This document shows positions 37,030-49,887 of a stretch of 64,000 bases of DNA, piece after piece. A program made the translations under genes and the position numbers. Every line of letters starts with the position of its first letter. Position 1 is the first letter of the stretch. This stretch comes from Streptococcus sp. (GTDB taxonomy: Bacteria > Bacillota > Bacilli > Lactobacillales > Streptococcaceae), in the NCBI GenBank assembly GCA_047241705.1, contig JBKTJB010000007.1, positions 47,332-111,331 on the forward strand. The letters are read 5' to 3'. The notes beneath the pieces are model-generated. The model saw nothing but the letters and a program-made list of their open reading frames with translations, was not told the DNA's origin and did not search any database.

Positions 37030-37677
37030 CTACCATTCTTCAACCATGGACTAGTTGAGCCTTATCACTTCGTCAGCTTGTTCCCAAATCACTGGATTAT
37101 GGGTTGCGATAATGATTATACGCTTTTGATTCTTTAACGTTAACAGCAAATCCATCACCTCTCGAGAGGTTTCTGGATCAAGTGCTTGCAGTTAGTTCAT
37201 CCGCTAAAATCAAAGGTGGATCCTTTAAAATAACTTTAGCCAATGCAACACGTTGTGCCTCTCCCCCAGATAATTCATAAATCTTTTGATCCAGAGCAAG
37301 GTAAGCCAATCCTACTTTTTTTAGCACTTCTTCTTCTTGTTGCTTCTTCTCTTTTTCGTTAATTTTTGCCCAATCAATCCCAAATCTAAATTTGTAGCGA
37401 TAGTCTCGTTTTCAAGCAGGCCAAAGTTTTGAAAGAGATAGCCTAATTCATGCTTAAAGAAGTGATGCTGTTTGATTTGTTTCAGTTCTTGCCCTTGATA
37501 GCTTATACTCCCTTTTTCATAAGGCTCTATCTTCGCCAAGATATTGAGCAAGGTTGTTTTACCACACCCACTATTTCCGATCAGAGCATAGACCTTACCT
37601 TCTGTAAATTGCAAGCTCAAATCTTGAAAGACCGTTCGTTGGCCAAATGATTTGGTTAAATGTTCTACGCTAATCAT
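37030..37677 (-). CDS. ABC transporter ATPase, lactococcin-972-associated type, frameshifted
   Basis: [26 protein letters not shown] and ILADE motifs. Confidence 0.85.
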
Positions 37678-37678
37678 A

Positions 37679-39688
37679 TTAGGCTCCTTTCAGTACAGTG
37701 GCTAACAAGTGGTCTTCTTTATGAGACCGGTACAGGAGAATGAACCAAGCATTAGTAATAAATAGAAAGAGAGTGACAAGAGCAATCCACCATTCCGAAG
37801 TGAGAAGGAATACCAAGAGGCTTCCTAATAGCAAGAGGCTACTTTCTGAGAGCAAAATCATTTGGTGAATGTTTACAAATCCCAGACCCGCAATCTTCTT
37901 CAAGAAGATTTGTTTTCTAAACTCTTCAAAATATAGGAAATTCATAGTGTTAAAAAGAAGAACAGAGGTTGCTATACCAAAGACTCCTCCTGCAATCGCC
38001 ATGAGATTTTCTATTTGTATTTTTGGGCCATTCGCTGGTAAACGTCCACTGCATAGTCGTACTGACTAACACTTTTTTCAAGATTATACTCAGCGACTAG
38101 TTTTTTACTATTCTGAAGTCCATTAAAATAAAGGTAGGGATTTAGATCGGTGAAATATGGATTCACATAGCCTCCAAAACTTTCAGGTTGAATAACCACT
38201 AAAACAGGATCTGTAAAGAATTGCTGATAGCTGATTGGTGTGTTGTTGTAGATAAAGCGTTTTTGATGATTCGGAATATACGTTACCTGCGCCTTCATTG
38301 ATAAGGTGATATTTCCTTGATCATCTCGAGGAGATAGATAATCTTCATATCGTTTGATCATCTCCTCTTCTCGACCTTTTAATTTTTCCGGAAGTAAGAG
38401 TCCAAATTCTCCAGCTTGCAAGTGATTCAAGCGCTCTTTTTCCTCAGGGGAAACTGAGATCCTTTGGATATCAAGATAATTTGGAGTGACATACAGGCTA
38501 TTGGCAAGAGGATCGTAATCTGTGATTGAAAACTCTTTACCTGTACTAGGATCCGTCATAACTCCTTTTGAACTAAAAGATACGAGATTATGATAAGCTA
38601 AAAGACCACCATTTTCAATACCAGAGTCGATGAGCTTAGACCATTTTGCTCTGTTCTCAATTTGCGTCTCTTTGTTTGTTTTCTGTGAAAAATCCTCCCG
38701 ATTTTCACCAATTTGAACCCAATTCGACTGTTTTGACCAAGCCTCACTTCCCTCTTGGTGAGTTTGCCAGACTGATCCATAAATACTGATTCGATGAATC
38801 GCAAGGCCAATTAATGCCACAGCGAGAAATTGACAAATAAAGAGGAAAACCAAAATGCGCTTTAATGGAACTTTCCCTTTTAGAAGGGTGACTAAATGCA
38901 TTGTTTGAATACTATATGCAAAAAATGAAGGATAAGATAGCAGATAAAATAAGTAACATCCCATTGTAAATGATACTACTTGAAATGATGACGGAATAGG
39001 TAAAAGGTGTTAATTGGAAAGAATAAATCAAAACCGCACCCATTATACTTGCGACAATACATCCCAAAAGCAACTCTATACTATCATCTTTTAAGGAATG
39101 TCCAAAAAGCTGCAAGCGTCTCATTCCTGAGATATATCGAATCCCAGCGCTTCTCATTTCAAGTGTTTTTTGTATAATCGTCAAAGCGCTAAAACTAATA
39201 ATAAAAATAACCAAGGCAAGTGATTGTGAACCTGAGCCAAAAAAGGCAATAAAGGTCTGCAGAGGATTTGGTTTCTCTATAAAAGTTTGTGAGAAACCAA
39301 GAGTATGAAGCGTTTGATCCAGCTTTTCAGTTTCTAAATCACCTGTTAATACATAATAATTCACTACCAGGCTTTCATTGGCAGCCAGTTCTTTCTTCTC
39401 TCTATTAATTCCAAGAGGAAGTTTTCCCTCTCCGTAGATATCATAGGTGAAAACAACCTGCCCTTTAGAATCTGTTCTTTGTATCTGACGGGCAATTATA
39501 CTATGATTTTCCCTTGCCAAACGGTCTAAACTGGAAGATAACTCTTCATATGTGACGCTCTTTTCTCGTCTCAGCACAGCTACTACCGGAAGACTGCGGT
39601 GGATAACCGTATTTGGAGAAATAAAGGCAATCCAAATCAAAAAGCTAGAGATGAAAAGGTTTGATAAAATAATAAAGACACGTTTCAT
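37679..39688 (-). CDS. Bacteriocin-associated integral membrane protein (DUF1430-like), frameshifted
   Basis: About 670 codons, multi-TM; YVTPNYL and YFEEFRKQIFLKKIAG motifs. Confidence 0.8.
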
Positions 39689-39793
39689 ATCATCACACTT
39701 TCTAAAGCAGAAAAGGAAAAGTAATACCTAGCTAGTCAATTAATTTCGTTGTTTAGTAATTACTGAATTTTACAAATTACAGTTTACATTCTT

Positions 39794-39807
39794 TGTAAGC
39801 GAATACA
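39794..39807. promoter_or_regulatory. cre (CcpA) site in the DUF1430 leader
   Basis: TGTAAGCGAATACA. Confidence 0.55.
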
Positions 39808-39890
39808 GTTTCCACCTTTACTATACTACAAAATACTTAGTAAAACAATAATTTTTATGTGAAACTAGTTTCAAAAAGAGATCCGCTTCT

Positions 39891-41328
39891 TGAACTGCAC
39901 CCCAAAAGTTAGACAGAAAATCTAACTTTTGGGGTTTTTATTATGGAAATTAACTTATAAAGATAAAGTTCAGATCTATGAACTTAGAAAACAAGAGCGA
40001 ACCTTCAAAGAGCTTTCAAATATATTTGGGATAACAATTCCCAATCTTCAGTACATGATTAAATTGATTGATCGTTATGGAATAAAAATCGTCAAAAAAG
40101 GAAAGAATTGTTACTATTCACCTGAACTAAAACAAGAGATCATTGATAAAGTTCTACTTGAAGGTCGTTCTCAAATAAGGGTGTCTCTAGATTATGCTCT
40201 TCCAAGTGTTGGAATGTTGCCTAATTGGATAGCACAATATAAGAAAAACGGGTATACTATTGTTGAGAAAACAAGAGGGAGACCATCTAAAATGGGACGT
40301 AAACCAAAGAAGAAACCCGAAGAGATGACAGAATTAGAACGTCTTCAAAGCAGAAAAATGAGTACCTGAGAGCGGAGAATGCCATTCTAAAAAAGTTGAG
40401 AGAACTCCGATTGAAGGAGGAAAAAGAGCTAGAAGAAAAACAGAAATTGTCCGAGGATTGGTAACAGAGTTTGCCTTAGAGATTCTTCTAAAGATTATTA
40501 GGCTAGCACGTTCAACCTATTATTACCAGCTAAAGCAGTTGGATAAAAGCGATAAAAATCATGATATTAAAGATGAAATTCAAGCTATTTTTACTGAGCA
40601 CAAGGAAATTTAGTGGTTATCGCAGAATGACTCTAGAATTGAGGAATCGTGGTTTTGTAGTGAACCATAAGAAAGTCCAACGTCTGATGAAGATCCTTGG
40701 TTTAAGTGCCCGAATTCGTCGTAAACGCAAGTATTCTTCATATCAAGGAGAAGTTGGCAAGAAAGCAGATAACCTTATTCAACGCCAGTTTGAAGCATCG
40801 AAGCCAATGGAAAAGTGCTACACAGATGTGACAGAGTTTGCCATTCCGGCAAGCAGTCAAAAGCTCTATTTATCACCAGTCTTAGATGGTTTTAACAGCA
40901 GAAAGTTATCGCCTATAATCTTTCTACGTCACCGAACTTGATGCAAGTGAAAGATATGTTAGACCAGGCTTTCGGTGAGGAACATTACGAGAATACCATT
41001 CTTCATAGTGATCAAGGATGGCAATATCAACACGATTTTTATCACAGATTTTTAGAGGGTAAGGGAATTCAACCATCTATGTCACGTAAAGGTAACAGCC
41101 CAGACAACGGCATGATGGAATCCTTCTTTGGCATTCTTGAAATCGAAATGTTTTATGGTTACGAGAAGACATTTCACTCACTTGAGCAATTGGAACAAGC
41201 TATTGTAGACTATATTGATTATTACAACAGCAAACGAATTAAGGTAAAACTAAAAGGACTCAGTCCTGTGCAATACAGAACTGAATCCTTTGGATAAATT
41301 AATTGTCTAACTTTTGGGGTCGAGTACA
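39891..41328 (+). mobile_element. IS3-family (IS150/IS861-like) insertion sequence
   Basis: Terminal IRs TGAACTGCACCCCAAAAGTTAGACA / TGTCTAACTTTTGGGGTCGAGTACA; 3-bp TCT duplication; HTH orfA and DDE orfB (TDVTEF, HSDQG, MESFF); AAAAAAG slippery site near 40389. Confidence 0.93.
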
Positions 41329-41348
41329 TCTGCGAATCTCTTTTGACC

Positions 41349-42340
41349 TTATTCCACCACAGCTTCAGCAATTTCTTCTGCTGTGATTCCTGCGAAGTAA
41401 CGACCTAGGTTAATGGTTTGCAGGGCTTTGAGGACATCTTCACGTTCGTATTTTACACCACGAAGGACATCTTCTACTGCTGCAATATCTTCGATACCAA
41501 AGAAGTCTCCATAAATCTTGATGTCTTGGATCTTTGACTCGATAACGTTAGCAAAGATTTCAACCTTACCGCTAGGGAATTTAGTGCCACGACGGACATT
41601 GTATTCAGGGGACTTCCCATAGTTCCAATCCCAGGTACCGAACTTGGTTTCCTTGATACGGTTGATCTCTGCCAATTCTTCATCTGAGAAGACATATTCT
41701 GTCATCTTCAGGATATTCTTTCTTCATGTAGTCTAAAAGCAAGTCACGGAACTCTTCAACCGTGATCTTTTCTGGCAACTCATCGATGATATTGGTCACA
41801 CGAGCACGGACTGATTTTACCCCTTTGATTCAAACTTATCTTTAGACACTTTAAGTGCGTTAGCTAGGACTGACAAATCCACGTCAAAGAGAAGGCAACC
41901 ATGATGCATGATCCGGCCATTGATATAGGCTTGGGCATTCCCACAGAATTTCTTACCGTCAATCTCTAAGTCGTTACGGCCTGTAAATTCAGCTTTAACA
42001 CCAAGTTCAGCTAAAGTATTGATAACTGGAGTAGAGAAGCTCTTGAAGTCAAAGGCCTTGTTTTCATCTTCTTTTGAAATGATTGTATAGTTAAGGTTGT
42101 TCAAATCATGGTAAACAGCTCCGCCACCACTGATTCGACGGACTACTTCAATTCCATTTTCACGAACATAGTCACGGTTAATTTCCTCGATGGTATTTTG
42201 GTGACGTCCTACAATAATAGATGGTTTGTTAATCCAAAGAAGGAAGATTTGATCCTCGTCCAAAAGGTGTTTAAAAGCATATTCCTCTAAAGCAATATTA
42301 AAAGAAGTGTCGTTTGAATAATTAATAACATGTATTTCAT
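41349..42340 (-). CDS. lplA: Lipoate-protein ligase A, frameshifted
   Basis: RRISGGGAVYHD, KKFCGNAQ and WDWNYGKSP motifs. Confidence 0.92.
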
Positions 42341-42439
42341 AGTAATTCCAAAAATTCGTTTTATAAATCCTACTATAGCTAAGATGAGCATTGAGCACAG
42401 AATAGTTGAATTTCACTTCAAATTTTCTGAAGTAGTAAA

Positions 42440-42555
42440 AAGAAATGTAACGATAACTCGTTACATTTCTCGGAAAAAATTGAGACAAGTGGCTCAATTT
42501 TTAGGCATGGAACTCTATGAGAGGTCGTCTGCCGTCCGTACTACGCTAAGAAAAT
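42440..42555 (-). repeat. Intergenic hairpin-rich repeat element related to 4930-4980
   Basis: agaaatgtaacga/tcgttacatttct hairpin plus GTACGGACG...GTTCCATG core on the - strand. Confidence 0.5.
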
Positions 42556-42575
42556 TCTAAGTGAAAAGAATAATA

Positions 42576-44287
42576 TTATTTCTTCTTAGGTGAGTGAACT
42601 GCCAATCCAAGTACGTCCGCAAAGGCTTCGTACATCACTTCTGAGAAGGTTGGGTGCCCATGGATGGTCTTGAGCATTTCTCTCTACAGTGATTTCCATC
42701 TCAATGATAGTTGAAGCTTCGTTGATCAATTCAGTTGCTGCTGGTCCAATGATGTGAACTCCAAGAACTTCACCATATTTCTTGTCTGCAATGGCTTTTA
42801 CAAATCCTTGAGCCGCATCTGATGCAATGGCACGTCCGTTAGCCGCAAAGTTGAATTTACCGGATTTGGACATCATATTTCTCACGAGCTTGTTCTTCTG
42901 TCAAACCAACTGCCGCTACTTCTGGAAGTGTATAGATATGCTGCAGGAGTCAAGTTCAATTTCGCAACAACGTGATTTCCTTTAAGGGCATTTTCAGCAG
43001 CAACTTCACCCATACGGAAGGCAGCGTGGGCCAACATCTTCGTACCGTTGATATCACCTGGTGCATAGATACCTGGAACAGATGTTTCCATGTATTCATT
43101 GACCTTGATACGACCACGGTCTAATTCAAACTCCACTTCACCAATTCCTTCAAGATCTGGAACACGTCCGATTGAAAGAAGAGCTTTGTTTGCAATGATA
43201 TCGTCTTTTCCTTCAACCTTGATACGGAGTTTGCCATCTTCTTCAATGATTTCTTGCAGTTTGGTATCAGTCAAGATGGTCATTCCCTTGCGTTCAAGAA
43301 TCAAGCGAAGGTTCTTAGATACTTCCGCATCCATAGCTGGAACAATGCGGTCCATCATTTCAATAACAGTTACTTTTGAACCAAAGGTCATAAAGGCTTG
43401 ACCAAGCTCGATACCGACAACCCCACCACCGATGATCACGAGGCTTTCTGGAACCTCATTCATTTCAAGGATGTCGTCACTTGTCATGACTAGTGGAGAT
43501 TCCATTCCTGGAACGTTAATCTTGCTGACTTTGGAACCACCAGCAAGGATGATTTTCTTCGTTTCAAGCAATTCAGAACCATTGACTAGGACGTTCTTAT
43601 CCTTAGTGATAGTACCGATACCCTTATGAACATCCACTCCGTAGCTTGCTGAAGAAGTCCTGCAACACCACCAACCAAGGTATTTACGACCTTGTTCTTG
43701 GTTTCAAGTACCTTATCCATATCTACTGAGAAACTTGGATTTTCAATGATAATACCACGGTTGGCTGCATGTCCGATATTTTCGATAATTTCAGCGTTGT
43801 GGAGGTAAGTCTTAGTTGGGATACATCCGCGGTTCAAGCACGTTCCACCAAGTTCAGATTTCTCAACAAGAGCAACCTTACCACCTAGTTGAGCTGCTTT
43901 AATAGCAGATACGTAGTCCAGCAGGACCCCACCGATCACTACGATATCATAAGCGCCATCGCTCTTATTATCATCGTTTGAAGCACTTGCTGCAGTTGGT
44001 GCTGGACTCGCTTCTGGTCTTGCTCCTCCAGCGGTTGGGATGTTTTCCCCTTCTTCACCAAGATAACCGATTACTTCTGTTACAGGAACAGTTTCTCCAT
44101 CCCCTTTCAGGATAGCAATCAAGTGCCCGTCTTCTTCCGCTTCCAACTCCATGCTGACTTTGTCTGTCATAATTTCAAGGAGAACTTCTCCTTCTTTTAC
44201 AAAATTCGCCGACTTTTTATTCCACTGAACGATTTGTCCTTCGGTCATATCTACGCCGGCTTTTGGCATAATTACTTCTAAGGCCAT
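42576..44287 (-). CDS. lpdA: Dihydrolipoamide dehydrogenase (E3) with N-terminal lipoyl domain, frameshifted
   Basis: MTDKVSMEL lipoyl motif, [11 protein letters not shown] and HPTFSE. Confidence 0.93.
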
Positions 44288-44327
44288 TTTATTTCCCTCT
44301 TTTCTTGTTTCTATTCTCTCTCGTTGA

Positions 44328-45371
44328 TTAGACCAACATTGAAATCGGGTCTTCAATCAAGGCTTTCAAGTCTTTCATGAATTTGGCACCAGCCATCCCA
44401 TCGACAACGCGGTGGTCAATGGTCAAGCCCAAGCTCATGATTGGACGAATGACAATTTCACCATTTACAACCACTGGTTTTTCAACCGTAGCACTAACTC
44501 AAGGGATGGCAGAGTTTGGTTGGTTGATAATCGGTCCAAATGATTGAACGCCAAACATTCCTAAGTTACTAATGGTAAAGGTTGAGTTTTGCAATTCACT
44601 TGGAGCAAGCTTACCATCCAAGGTACGTCCGATAACGTCCTTGAAGGCTACCACCAACTCTGATAAAGTCATCTTTTCTGCGTTATAGACAACCGGTGTC
44701 ATCAGCCCATTATCCATCCCAACTGCCATCGCCAAGTTGACATAGTTGTGAGTGATGATGGTTTTGCCATCTTCTGTCAATGACGCATTGATGTATGGGT
44801 GTTTCATCAAAGGTCTTAACCACTGCTAGAAAGCAAATCTGTTACAGTGACTTTCTTGCCAGTGGCCTCCATAATTGGATCCAATACCTTCTTACGAAGG
44901 GCCAACATTTGAGACATATCAACGTCATAGTTCAAAGTAAAGGTTGGTGCTGTCAAGTAAGATTCCACCATCCGTTGAGCAATCACCTTCCGCATTGGTG
45001 TCATCGGAATCCGCTCGATCTCACCATAAGGTGTCACATTATCAGGAACTTCTTCGACTTTTTCAATTTGAGCAGGTGACTTAATGGTCTCATTCTCAAT
45101 ATTTTCAGGGAAGGAAAGCAAGGACGTCCTTCTTCATAATCTTACCACGATGACCAGTTCCTTGGATTTCTTGCCAAGCAATATTGTGTTCTAAAGCAAT
45201 TCGTTTTGCAAGTGGTGAAATGCGAACCACATTTGTGTCTTTATAGGTTTCCACGTCTTCTTTGTGGACACGACCGTTTGCGCCTGAACCAGAAACATCA
45301 TAGAGGTTGATCCCAAGATCATCCGCTAATTTTCTAGCCGCAGGAGTCGCTCTTAGCTTATCATCAGCCAT
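44328..45371 (-). CDS. pdhC: Dihydrolipoamide acetyltransferase (E2) without lipoyl domain, frameshifted
   Basis: Two E3-binding motifs (ATPAARKLA, ISPLAKRIA); TISNLG and DHRVVDG. Confidence 0.9.
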
Positions 45372-45387
45372 GACCTCTCCTATTCTA

Positions 45388-45672
45388 TTATAAGATATCA
45401 AGGACGTAGAGGACAAAGAAAAAATAGGAGATTGACGCTGTGTTCGATGAACACAAGGAAATCTATCTTTTTTTCACAGTCCTCCGTCCGGATTCAGTTA
45501 TAAGATACTAAGGGCGTCAAAAGTCAAAGTGAAAATAGGAAACTTGACGAAGAAACTTTAGTTTCTAGGAAAGTTTATCTTTTTCACCCAGACTTTAGCC
45601 CGCGCTCTAATCTGAATGATATCAAGGACGCAGAGAACTTTGTACCTAAAAGATACAAAGTTTCCTCGTCTA
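45388..45672. repeat. Tandem array of about 110-bp hairpin-forming units (two full, one truncated)
   Basis: Units begin GATAtcAAGGaCG / GATActAAGGgCG and share gAAAATAGGA..TTGACG...TATCTTTTT. Confidence 0.7.
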
Positions 45673-45706
45673 ATTTAAATGACATTACATAATTTATGTT
45701 AATGTA

Positions 45707-46703
45707 TTATTCTATTATTGTACGTTTTACGAATGGCATTTTGATGCTTTCAACTGTCGGAATCATTGCATTCTCAAGATTTTATGTGCGTAAGGCATTG
45801 GCACATCTTCCCCCGCACAACGGCGGATCGGTGCATCCAAGTAATCAAATGCTTCTGATTCAGAAATGATAGCTGAAATTTCACCGATATAGCCACTTGT
45901 TTTGTGGGCATCATTGACAAGGACTACTTTTCCTGTCTTCTTGACAGAATTAATGATGATCTCTTTATCGAGTGGGACCAAGGTCCGTGGGTCTACTACT
46001 TCTACTGAGATGCCTTCTTCTGCCAATTCTTCAGCTGCTTGCATCACGCGACGAAGCATTTTCCCGTAGGTTACGACAGTGACGTCAGTTCCTTCGCGTT
46101 TGATTTCTCCGACACCAAGTGGAATCGTGTAGTCTGGATCAACTGGCACTTCCCCTTTTTGGTTGAATTCTGATTTATATTCGAGAATGATAACGGGGTT
46201 GTTGTCGCGAATAGAAGACTTAAGCAGTCCCTTCATATCCGCTGGCGTACCAGGAGCAACAACTTTCAAACCAGGTATATGAGTAAACCATGATTCCAAA
46301 GATTGGGAGTGTTGAGCTGCAGATCCAACTCCATTACCAGCAGCACAGCGAATGGTCATCGGCACTTGACCTTTACCACCAAACATGTAACGAGTTTTAG
46401 CGGCTTGGTTGACGATAGCATCCATGGCAATAACAGAGAAATCCATGAAGGTCATATCAACGATTGGACGTAGCCCTGTCATGGCGGCACCAGCTCTGCC
46501 GCACCTGAAATTGCGGCCTCAGAAATCGGACAGTCACGGACACGTTCTGGACCGAATTCCTCAAGCATTCCTACTGAAGTTCCGAAGTCTCCACCGAAAA
46601 CTCCGACATCTTCTCCCATCAACAATACATTTTCGTCGCGACGCATTTCCTCAGACATAGCAAGGATAATGGTATCGCGGAAAGACATTAATTTAGTTTC
46701 CAT
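45707..46703 (-). CDS. pdhB: Pyruvate/acetoin dehydrogenase E1 beta subunit
   Basis: GEDVG, DCPISE and AAQHSQS motifs. Confidence 0.92.
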
Positions 46704-46719
46704 AATTCTCTACTCCCCC

Positions 46720-47689
46720 TTAGTCTGCGTAAATATCTTCGAAAGCTGATTCGAGTGGAGGGAATGGGCTTTCTTCCGCAAATTTCACTGAAGCTTCAGC
46801 ACTGCTTCTTTCACTTCTTCTTGGATCTGATCCAATTCTTCTGCGCTCGCAATCTCATTTTCAAGGAGATACTTGCGAAGGTTTTCGATTGGATCTTTCT
46901 TCTTCCACTCTTCTACTTCTTCACGGGTCCGGTATTTACCAGGGTCAGAAGATGAGTGACCAAGCCAACGATAGGTGACACTTTCAATCAAGACAGGTCC
47001 TTTACCAGAGCGGACGTGTTCAACAGCTTTTTGGAATCCTTCATAGACATCGATAACGTTATTTCCATCAGGAATAAACATTCCAGGAATGCCGTAAGCG
47101 AACACTACGTTCGTGGATATGCTGGATATTGGTCATTTTCTTGATGTCAGCAGAGATTCCATAACCGTTATTGATACAGTAGAAAATTACCGGAAGATTC
47201 CAAATAGAAGCCATATTCACCGCTTCGTGGAAAACACCTTCGTTGGTTGCTCCGTCCCCAAAGAAGCAGACGACAATCTTACCAGTCTTTTTCATTTGTT
47301 GAGTAAGGGCGCCCCTACAGCAATCCCCATACCACCACCAACGATCCCGTTGGCACCAAGGTTACCAGCATCCAGGTCAGCGATATGCATAGAGCCTCCT
47401 TCCCTTTACAAGTACCAGTATACTTGCCTGGGATTTCAGCCATCATGCCATTCAGGTCGATACCTTTAGCGATCGCTTGACCGTGACCACGGTGGTTAGA
47501 TGTCAGCAAATCGTCATCATTTAAAGCCAGCATCGCTCCAACGTTTGCTGCTTCTTCCCCAACAGAAAAGTGCGTCATTCCTGGCACTTTCCCTTTTTTT
47601 ACTAACTGTGCAATTTTTAAGTCCATGCGACGGATTTCTTCCATTTTACGGAACATTTCCAATAAGAGACTTTTATCTAATGTTGCCAT
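46720..47689 (-). CDS. pdhA: Pyruvate/acetoin dehydrogenase E1 alpha subunit, frameshifted
   Basis: GDGATN...NN TPP motif, HRGHG and GHSSSD. Confidence 0.92.
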
Positions 47690-47725
47690 TATTTCGCCTT
47701 TCTTAGCATTTATTCATTCTCTTTC

Positions 47726-47754
47726 ATTCTAGCCAAAAATGAAAGCACTGTCAA
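47726..47754 (-). promoter_or_regulatory. Sigma-A promoter of the pdh operon with cre-like site over the -35
   Basis: On - strand TTGACA-N17-TAGAAT; TGACAGTGCTTTCA is cre-like. Confidence 0.6.
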
Positions 47755-47909
47755 AAATAATGCTCAAATGATTTCTACAAACTTTATACCTTGGAGGGAG
47801 GTTTTATAAGCTTTTTCAACTTCAAACAAAACATTTCACAAACTTTTCTTTCATGGGATTGCATTAAATTATAAAAAACCGATAGGATCCTATCCTACCG
47901 GTCGTTATC

Positions 47910-49078
47910 TTATGATTGGCGTTGACCAAAAGTCATGAATCATTTGTTCCATTACTTCACGACTAGGTGTTGTAAGCATATAAGAGGAAATCTCCCTGAA
48001 GTTCCGCAAAGGCCGCTGGCATGTCTTTTTTCACACGGAATTGATCATGGTATTTAGCCAAAACTTCATCCTCTGAAAGGACATAGGCTGCATTGGCACG
48101 GCGAGAAGTCGCCAAGCAATAAAGGGGCTCAAACTCAGAAGCTGGAGAGGCTCTCCTGCTACGATGGCGACATAACCACGGTACAAATCAATGGAGTGAG
48201 CATAATTGTAGACATCGATCGTAAAGCCACCTGCTGGACGATTATTGTACTCGATTGCAATATAGTCATCCCCATCGCGGAAGAACTCGATATGGAAGAA
48301 ACGTTCTTTCATGCCAAAGGCTTTGACAATCGCTTCCCCGTATTGACGCAATTTTGGATCCATCTCTTTGAGGACATAATAAGAGTTATCCATCTTGTAG
48401 AGCATCAAATCGAGTGGCGTATAAGCATAGTCAAAAGTCGTTGAGAAGACAATATTGCCATCACGATCGACCAGAGCTGCATCAGAGGTACAAATCTCGC
48501 TAGAAGTGACGAATTTCTCAAAGAAGTACTCCGTATGTCCATCCCAATCTGCTTTAAAATGGTCGACATCTTCTGGTGTTTCAAGTTTAAGGGTCAGCTG
48601 CTGCACCTACTCAGTTATCAGGCTTGGCAATCAATAGCAACCCAATCTTCTTCGCGGCCTTATCAATGTCTTTTCTGTTTTAACTACTGCACCAGAATAC
48701 GACTGGGACTCAGCCTTCTTGAAGAGTTTCTTCATTTCTGATTTGAACTTGGTTTCTTCAGATCTTTGGCTTAGCCCCGAAGACATTGAATTGCTCCCGA
48801 AGCGCCGCATCCAATTCCAACCAGTACTCATTATGAGACTCAATGCGATCGATTGGGCCATGTTTATAAAAGAGAAAGGCTACCGCACGCTTCACTTCGT
48901 CCAGATTTTCCAAATTTTCAACACGGAAATATTCTGTTAAGCTGTTGCGCAAAGGCTCATCTAACTGTTCATATGGCTCTTGACCAATTCCCAAAACAGT
49001 GATCCCTTTATTAGCTAGTTCGATGGTAGATTGTTGGAAGTTTTGTGGGTAATATGGTGAAATAACGATATAATTCAT
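47910..49078 (-). CDS. ATP-grasp domain protein, frameshifted
   Basis: MNYIVISPYYP, IESHNEYWL and FFHIEFF...IEYNNRPAGG motifs. Confidence 0.8.
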
Positions 49079-49099
49079 TGAGGTCTCCTCCCTTTTTAC

Positions 49100-49850
49100 T
49101 TATAGATACATTTGGCCTAGGAAATAAGGCATTTGTTTGCGCCACCATTCCCAATCGTGGGCTACATCATGTCCCCATTCAGCGAACCATGCAGGAATAT
49201 TTTTGTGATCAAAGGCTTCTTTCAGTTTGTAGAAAGATGGAAGCCCGTCTTGTTCCCAAGCCCCTAAACCAGTACAAACAACAATTTCAGCCTGACGGTA
49301 ACGATCGATAAACCAGCCATCATTTTGGTTCCAGATATAATCAGATGGAGAATTTTGGTAAGTGGACTTCATCTCCACCAAAATCACCAACAAAGAAACG
49401 AGCGTCATAGACTCCACTCAAGGCAATCACTTTGTTAAAGACATCTGGATGTTGCAAGAAGAAATTAAGCTGCGTGGTAGGCTCCCATTGAGCAACCAGT
49501 TGTCATCATCGGATCAAACCAGCCTGTTTTGTGCTTGATAGAAAGGAATAGCTTCTTCTAATCACATAGCGCTCGTAAGCACGGTGCATCTCTGCTCGAT
49601 CATGAGGATTTTTCCAATCACAAAGCCAGCTTTCACTATCAACACTCGAAAGGGTGAAGAATTGAACCCGTCCTTCTTCGATAAACTGAGCACAAGCATC
49701 AATCATACCAAAGTCATAGTACTCGTTATGGCTTAACCACCTGATGAAGCGAAGACCACAACAGGAATACCAGCATGTCCATAGCGGTTCAGATACATTT
49801 CACGTGGTTGGGTTGGCCACCCAGTGGCTTAAATGTTCAATATTCCTATA
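49100..49850 (-). CDS. Esterase family protein, frameshifted
   Basis: YGHAG, GCSMGAYH-like elbow and WGHDVAHDWEWW. Confidence 0.75.
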
Positions 49851-49887
49851 AGTTTCCTCTTTCCTTTATTTCTTTATTTACAGTCTA

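Noticed and set aside
45388..45672. CRISPR array
   Set aside because: Units are about 110 bp, degenerate and internally palindromic, with no identical repeats separated by unique spacers and no cas genes.
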